A program made the translations under genes and the position numbers. A stretch of 32,000 nucleotides of DNA. Source: an uncultured delta proteobacterium (GTDB lineage: Bacteria; Myxococcota_A; Polyangia; Haliangiales; Haliangiaceae). The stretch is taken from assembly GCA_963743525.1 (NCBI GenBank), contig CAVUQH010000008.1, forward strand, positions 511,667 through 543,666, written 5' to 3'. The notes below the pieces were generated by a model. That model was given only the letters and a program-made list of their open reading frames with translations. It was not told the DNA's origin and ran no database searches. This document shows positions 27,549 through 32,000 of this stretch, one piece after another. Each line of letters begins with the position of its first letter. Position 1 is the first letter of the stretch.

Positions 27549-28502
27549 TCAGCCCGATAGCGCGTCGGCCAGCGCCTCGGCGACCAGCGCGGCGTTGGAC
27601 AGCCGCTCTTGCGGCTCCTTGGCCAGCACCTGGGCGAAGAACTGGTCGATGCGCGGGCCCAGCTGCGGCTTGAGCCCGTAGGCGCTGGGGATCGGATCGC
27701 GGACGTGGGCGACCATCGCCTCCAGCGGCGTGCGCCCGCTGAACGGGCGGATGCCGGTGAGCATCTCGAAGGTGATGATGCCCAGGGCGTAGATGTCACA
27801 GCGCCAGTCGGTGACGTGGCCGACCTTGGCCGCCTCGGGCGCGAGATAGGCGGGCGTGCCGACGGTGGTGTGCTTGCCGGTGATGTTGACCGGCGTGCGC
27901 TGCGAGTCGGCCAGCTGCGCCAGGCCGAAGTCGAGGACCTTGACGAACGGCGACAGCGGCGACGGGTAGTCGGTGAAGTGGATGTTCTCCGGCTTCAGAT
28001 CGCGGTGGACGATGCCGGCGGAGTGGGCTTCGCCCAGGGCGCTGGCGCACTGCGCGACGATCGACAGGGTCTCGCCCGGCGCCAGCGCGCCCTGGCGCTC
28101 GAGTCGGTCGCGCAAGGTCTCGCCCTCGAGGTACTCCATGACGATGAACGAGTAGCCACTGGGCGTGGCGCCGCAGTCGTAGAACTGGATCGCGTGGGGC
28201 GAGCGCAGTCGGGCCACCGCCTCGACCTCGCGGCGGAAGCGCACGGCGGAGTCGTCGTCGGTGAGCTCGGTGCGCAGCACCTTGACCGCGACCTCGCGCC
28301 CGACCGACACCTGGTGGGCGAGGTAGACGCGCGCCATGTTGCCGGCGCCCAGCAGGCGGCGCACCCGGTAGCGGCCGAGCAGGCTGTGGCCGATCAGGCG
28401 ATCGGTCTCGTCGGCGATGGGGTTGGGGTCGAGGATGGGTGGGACGGTCAACAACACGGACTCCGGGTCAAGCAAGCGCCGCGCCAGGCCGGCATGCACC
28501 AA
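27549..28502 (-). CDS. Eukaryote-like Ser/Thr protein kinase, kinase domain only (about 317 aa)
   Basis: LGAGNMARVYLA, VAVKVL, VHRDLKPENIHF, DFGLAQ, GTPAYLAPE. No sensor or TM domain. The start is non-ATG (TTG 28502 or GTG 28499). Confidence 0.88.
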   Translation of the reverse strand: MVHAGLARRLLDPESVLLTVPPILDPNPIADETDRLIGHSLLGRYRVRRLLGAGNMARVYLAHQVSVGREVAVKVLRTELTDDDSAVRFRREVEAVARLRSPHAIQFYDCGATPSGYSFIVMEYLEGETLRDRLERQGALAPGETLSIVAQCASALGEAHSAGIVHRDLKPENIHFTDYPSPLSPFVKVLDFGLAQLADSQRTPVNITGKHTTVGTPAYLAPEAAKVGHVTDWRCDIYALGIITFEMLTGIRPFSGRTPLEAMVAHVRDPIPSAYGLKPQLGPRIDQFFAQVLAKEPQERLSNAALVAEALADALSG

Positions 28503-28640
28503 GGTTCGCGGGGTTGAGCGGTAAGAGGGGCGCCAGGGTGTGTATGGCGGGACACGCCTGTGGTGTTCGCCGGCGTGAGGAGGCCGTGAGGTGGGGGCCG
28601 GACGCGACAGGTCTGGCTACCGTGGGAGCCGATGCGTGGC

Positions 28641-29351
28641 TCACGGCTCTGCTCCCAGCAGCTCCTCCCAGTGGGTGGAGAAGGCGAGGTAGTCGACCGG
28701 ATCGAAGCGCCCGGCGTCGAGCGCATCGCGCTGGGCCGGGGTGAGCGAGTCGCGGAAGCGGCCGGCCATCTCGTCGAGGAGGTCGAGGATGTCGCGGGCG
28801 AAGCCGACCACCGTTGCCGGACGCCACGGCGGCATCACTTCGCCGTTCATCACCGCCTCGACCACGCGCTGGCGCACCTGGTCGGCGGTGTCGCGGACCG
28901 TCTGTTCGAGGGCGTCGCGCTGGCTCTGGTCGAGGCCGACCCGCCGGGCAAAGTCGTCGAGGTTGCGCTGGACGCGGGCGCGCTGCGGCGCGAGCAGCTC
29001 TTTGGCCACCGGCAACATGCGGTCGCGGTAGGCGAGCATGTTCTCGCCCGGCAGCGGCGCAAACGCGGCGGCCAGCGCGCCGACTTCGGTGGGCACCTTC
29101 ACCCGCGGCATCTCCCGCGGGGGCGCGTTGGCCGTGTCGTTGCGCACGGGGTCATCACCCGCGGGCGCGGGCGACCTGTCGCCGGGTCGATCGCGTTCGG
29201 CGCGCACCGCGGCCAGGGCGTGATCGAGCTCGCGCGCGGCGTGCTCGTCGCTGAGCGCGGCGCCAGCCTTGCACGCCTGCCACCACGCAAGTACCGTGGT
29301 GGTCGCGAAGAGCAGAGTGAGCGTCCGCCACGTCTGCGTCGTCACCGGCAC
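28641..29351 (-). CDS. Exported/anchored protein with LTxxQ-type motifs (Spy/CpxP/ZraP-like, tentative)
   Basis: GTG start. Signal/anchor WRTLTLLFATTTVLAWWQA. Two helical motifs, GLDQSQRDALEQTV and SLTPAQRDALDAG, about 65 aa apart resemble the paired LTxxQ motifs of the CpxP/Spy family. GC3 bias is good. Confidence 0.55.
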   Translation of the reverse strand: MPVTTQTWRTLTLLFATTTVLAWWQACKAGAALSDEHAARELDHALAAVRAERDRPGDRSPAPAGDDPVRNDTANAPPREMPRVKVPTEVGALAAAFAPLPGENMLAYRDRMLPVAKELLAPQRARVQRNLDDFARRVGLDQSQRDALEQTVRDTADQVRQRVVEAVMNGEVMPPWRPATVVGFARDILDLLDEMAGRFRDSLTPAQRDALDAGRFDPVDYLAFSTHWEELLGAEP

Positions 29352-29398
29352 GGCGTTGACTATACCGCGGGCAGTTCCGGCAGCGTCAGGGGGGATTC

Positions 29399-31051
29399 AT
29401 GACACGGCGATTCCATGCCGTCGTGCTGTTGTTTGGGGTTTGTGCGTGCAGCGCCGCGGATACCCGCGTCGATCCGGCAGAGCTGTCGCTGCGCGACCTG
29501 CTGGGCATGTCGCCGGAGGTCGCCGCCGGCTGGAGCGACAGCGAGCGGGCGGCGGCGCGCGGCGTCATCGAGGCGCGGCTCGACGATGCCGCCGGCGCCG
29601 AGTCGGTGCCGCTCGGCGCCGGGCGCACCGATCGGCAGTCGATGATCGCCAGCCTCGACAGCTACGACCGGCTGCGCGACGGTCGCGGTCGCGACGCGGT
29701 TCCGCTGGCGCGCGCCGACCTCGACGGCTTCGACGTGATCGTGTCGCCGATCGGCATGGCCGGGCTGGAGGCGGAGGAGGGTGTCGACGCGCCGATCGAG
29801 CTGAAGGGCTGGGATCGCCCGGTGCTGGCGGAGCTGGCGCGCACGAGGCGGCGGGTGATCGTCGCGCTGGCGCGGGCGTCGGGCGGCACCGAGGAGACGC
29901 TGCGCGTCGAGCCGGCCGAACAGGTCGGGTTCGGCGCCGCGCGGCTGTCGGATCCGCCGGCGCTGCTGGTCAACCCGGTGCTGCTGGCGGCCGTCGACCC
30001 GGAGGCCGACGCCGACGCGCAGCCGGCGGCGATGCGCAGCGGCGGCGGCGGGGCGCCGTCGTCGGCTCCGGCGCCGGCGCGCGCGGTGGCCGCGGGCAAC
30101 CCCTACGCCTTCTATGGATCGGTGGCCGAGTGCGCCGCCGCCGAGCGGTTGCGCTGCGAGTCGTGCCTGCCGTCGTCGACCTGCGACGCCGAGTCGCGCG
30201 ACGCCAGCGACGGCAACGCCGAGTGCACGGCGCTGGCTGCCGACGACGGCGTCGGCTATTTCCTGTTCTGCGCCAACCTGGCGCTGGCGATCCGCACGGT
30301 CGAGACCTGCACGGGCGAGGCCGTGCCCGGCTGCACGCCGGTGTCGACCGCCAGCAATCAGATCAGCGCGCTGGATGCCAACCGCGACTTCGTCGACGAT
30401 CCGGTCTGCCGCGACGGGCTGGATTCGTGTCTGAGCAAGCTGTACGGCGACCCCGCCGACGACTACCCCGGCCCGCCCAGCGACGCCGGCCCGTCGCCCG
30501 AGCCGCCGCCGGCGCGCGATCCGACCGCGTCGTGCGGCGGCAGCGACACCAACTGCGATTTCTCGCCCCAGTGCTCGGCCAGCTGCGGTGATCCCGACTG
30601 CTCCAACACCATCGACTGCAACTCGAGCTGCGACGACAGCTCGAGCGGCAGCAGCAGCGGTGGGTGCGGCGGCTGCGGCAGCGACTCGTCGAGCTCCGGC
30701 GGCGGCAGCTGCAGCTCGTGCGGCAGCGACTCGTCGAGCTCCGGCTCCGGCTGCGACTCCAGCTGCGGCAGCTCGAACAGCGGCGGCAGCGGCTGCGGCA
30801 GCTGCAGCAACGACTCGAGCGGCGGCAGTGGCTGCGGCGGCAGTTGCGGCGGCTCCAACAGCAGCGGCAACGGTTGTGGCAGCAGCAGCTCGTCGAGCTC
30901 GAGCTGCAGCGCATCGGGCGCCACGGCGCGGCACACGGCGGCGACGGCGGTGGCGGTCATCTGGGCGATGTTCCCGCTGCCGCTGCTGATGTGGCTGCGG
31001 CGGCGCGAGCGCCGGCGATCCACTGACGGCGACGACGGAGGTGAGTCGTGA
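29399..31051 (+). CDS. Cys-rich Ser/Gly-repeat lipoprotein with MYXO-CTERM-like C-terminal sorting tail
   Basis: MTRRFHAVVLLFGVCAC-SA signal/lipobox-like N-terminus. About 31 Cys. C/S/G array GGCGGCGSDSSSSGGGSCSSCGSDSSSSGSGCDSSCGSSNSGGSGCGSCSNDSSGGSGCGGSCGGSNSSGNGCGSSSSSSSSC. Tail is C-SASGATARHTAATAVAVIWAMFPLPLLMWL-RRRERRR. Confidence 0.75.
   Translation: MTRRFHAVVLLFGVCACSAADTRVDPAELSLRDLLGMSPEVAAGWSDSERAAARGVIEARLDDAAGAESVPLGAGRTDRQSMIASLDSYDRLRDGRGRDAVPLARADLDGFDVIVSPIGMAGLEAEEGVDAPIELKGWDRPVLAELARTRRRVIVALARASGGTEETLRVEPAEQVGFGAARLSDPPALLVNPVLLAAVDPEADADAQPAAMRSGGGGAPSSAPAPARAVAAGNPYAFYGSVAECAAAERLRCESCLPSSTCDAESRDASDGNAECTALAADDGVGYFLFCANLALAIRTVETCTGEAVPGCTPVSTASNQISALDANRDFVDDPVCRDGLDSCLSKLYGDPADDYPGPPSDAGPSPEPPPARDPTASCGGSDTNCDFSPQCSASCGDPDCSNTIDCNSSCDDSSSGSSSGGCGGCGSDSSSSGGGSCSSCGSDSSSSGSGCDSSCGSSNSGGSGCGSCSNDSSGGSGCGGSCGGSNSSGNGCGSSSSSSSSCSASGATARHTAATAVAVIWAMFPLPLLMWLRRRERRRSTDGDDGGES
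30590..30915 (+). repeat. Imperfect tandem coding repeats (about 45-bp period) built from TGC/AGC/TCG/GGC codons
   Basis: Exact 27-nt duplicate tgcggcagcgactcgtcgagctccggc at 30674-30700 and 30719-30745. Related degenerate units are on either side. The composition creates spurious long ORFs in several frames on both strands. Confidence 0.8.
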
Positions 31052-32000
31052 GGCGCGCCGTCGTCGACTGGCTGGCGCAGTGGATCGGCCGCGACTGGGC
31101 GGCGGTGCTGGCGCCCGGGTGGTTCACCTTTGCCGGGCTGGCGGCGATTGCGGCCGGGCTGCTGGCGGCGCGTGCGGCGCGGGATCGGGGCCAGGACCCC
31201 GAGCGCGTGCTGCGCGCGATCGCCTGGGGCTACGTCGCCGCGGTCGTCTGCGGCATCGCCGGACCGATGCTGTGGGACGCCGGCGATCGACTGCTGGCCG
31301 GTCGCGCGCCGCGCTTGCGCTGGGCCGGGATGACCTCGTGGGCCGGTTTCGCCGGCGGCATCGCCACCATGGCCTGGGTCTGGCGGCGCTCGGCGCCGGC
31401 GGGCGCGCCGGCGTCGGCGGTGCCGCTGTTCGATCTGTTGGTGGCGCCGATGGGCGTGGCGCTGGTGTGCGCGCGGCTGGGCTGCTTCGTCGCCGGCTGC
31501 GACTTCGGCAAGGTGTCGTCGGCGCCGTGGGCGATGCGCTTTCCCGCTGGCAGCCCGGCCTGGCACGCGCACGTGTCCGCCGGTCTGGTGCCGAGCGGGA
31601 GGGCGTGGTCGCTGCCGGTCCACCCGACCCAGCTGTACGAGGCGTTTCTCGGGTTGGCGATCGCGGTCGTTGCGCTGTGGCTCGGTCGCACCGCCTGGGC
31701 GCGCGCGCGTGCCGGGCGGGTGGCGCTGGCCGGCGTGATCCTCTACGCCGTCGGGCGCTTTGTCATCGAGGATCTGCGCGCCGATATGGGCCGCGGCTTC
31801 TTTGGTCCGCTGTCGCTGGGCCAGGCGATGTCGCTGGCGGTCGTGGTCGCGGCGGCCGCTGCGTTGGCCGCCACCCACCGCCGCGCGATCGTTGCGGCGG
31901 CGGGCGCCGCGCTGGTCGCGCTGGTCTTCGCTTCGCACCCGGCCGCCGCGCAGGAGAGCGAGCCGCGGCCGATCGATCCGTACGGGGGCGGGACCGCGTC
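31048..32000 (+). CDS. Lgt-family (prolipoprotein diacylglyceryl transferase-like) membrane protein with extra C-terminal TM/extension; 3' end outside the window
   Basis: Absent from the ORF track (no stop in the window). I translated the frame by hand from GTG 31048, which overlaps the upstream TGA as GTGA, and found no stop to position 32000. Motifs: CARLGCFVAGCDFGK (cf. E. coli GRIGNFINGELWG), LPVHPTQLYEAFLGLAI (cf. HPSQLYE), YAVGRFVIEDLRAD (cf. GxFRFxxEFFRxPD), GPLSLGQAMSLAVV (cf. GLSMGQILS). Then AIVAAAGAALVALVFASHPAAAQESEP... Confidence 0.8.
   Translation, partial: MRRAVVDWLAQWIGRDWAAVLAPGWFTFAGLAAIAAGLLAARAARDRGQDPERVLRAIAWGYVAAVVCGIAGPMLWDAGDRLLAGRAPRLRWAGMTSWAGFAGGIATMAWVWRRSAPAGAPASAVPLFDLLVAPMGVALVCARLGCFVAGCDFGKVSSAPWAMRFPAGSPAWHAHVSAGLVPSGRAWSLPVHPTQLYEAFLGLAIAVVALWLGRTAWARARAGRVALAGVILYAVGRFVIEDLRADMGRGFFGPLSLGQAMSLAVVVAAAAALAATHRRAIVAAAGAALVALVFASHPAAAQESEPRPIDPYGGGTA

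Noticed and set aside
30363-31026. Multiple overlapping ORFs on both strands across the Cys/Ser/Gly repeat (30363..30914 -, 30588..30989 +, 30664..31026 +).
   Set aside because: They are artefacts of the TGC/AGC/GGC/TCG codon repeat. Only the 29399..31051 frame is continuous with a signal peptide upstream and a TM/Arg tail downstream.

Overview
Gene-dense, very GC-rich bacterial chromosomal segment (about 70% GC by eye, not computed). Four eukaryote-like Ser/Thr kinases in 32 kb, several lipobox lipoproteins with long low-complexity linkers and a MYXO-CTERM-like C-terminal tail suggest Myxococcota; I cannot verify taxonomy without a search. About 30 CDS are supportable. Housekeeping genes: the rpsB-tsf-pyrH-frr operon (minus strand, 10115-13045) with a hairpin terminator, purT, queE, nrdR, an SDR, a Nudix-fold protein and a rhodanese. 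Envelope genes: a translationally coupled five-gene tripartite ABC efflux operon on the minus strand (21499-27405: adaptor, ATPase, two different FtsX/MacB-type permeases, TolC). It is preceded on the same strand by a kinase-only eSTK and an LTxxQ (Spy/CpxP-like) protein. Divergent from these is a gene for a protein with about 31 cysteines and a Ser/Gly repeat array, carrying an N-terminal lipobox and a C-terminal MYXO-CTERM-like tail. Its stop codon overlaps (GTGA) the start of a divergent Lgt-family (prolipoprotein diacylglyceryl transferase) gene. That gene runs off the right edge and is absent from the ORF track. This pair, and possibly the whole 21.5-32 kb envelope locus, is my best candidate for something undescribed. 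Other observations: a 62/61-bp tandem duplication at a convergent gene junction, two kinases with a non-canonical [H/N]RDVSPxN catalytic loop, a Nudix box lacking its EE pair, and a structured rpsB leader. I saw no rRNA, tRNA, CRISPR array, transposase or integrase. Many long ORFs in the track are antisense or off-frame shadows typical of high-GC DNA. All functional calls rest on motif recognition by eye; no database search was possible.
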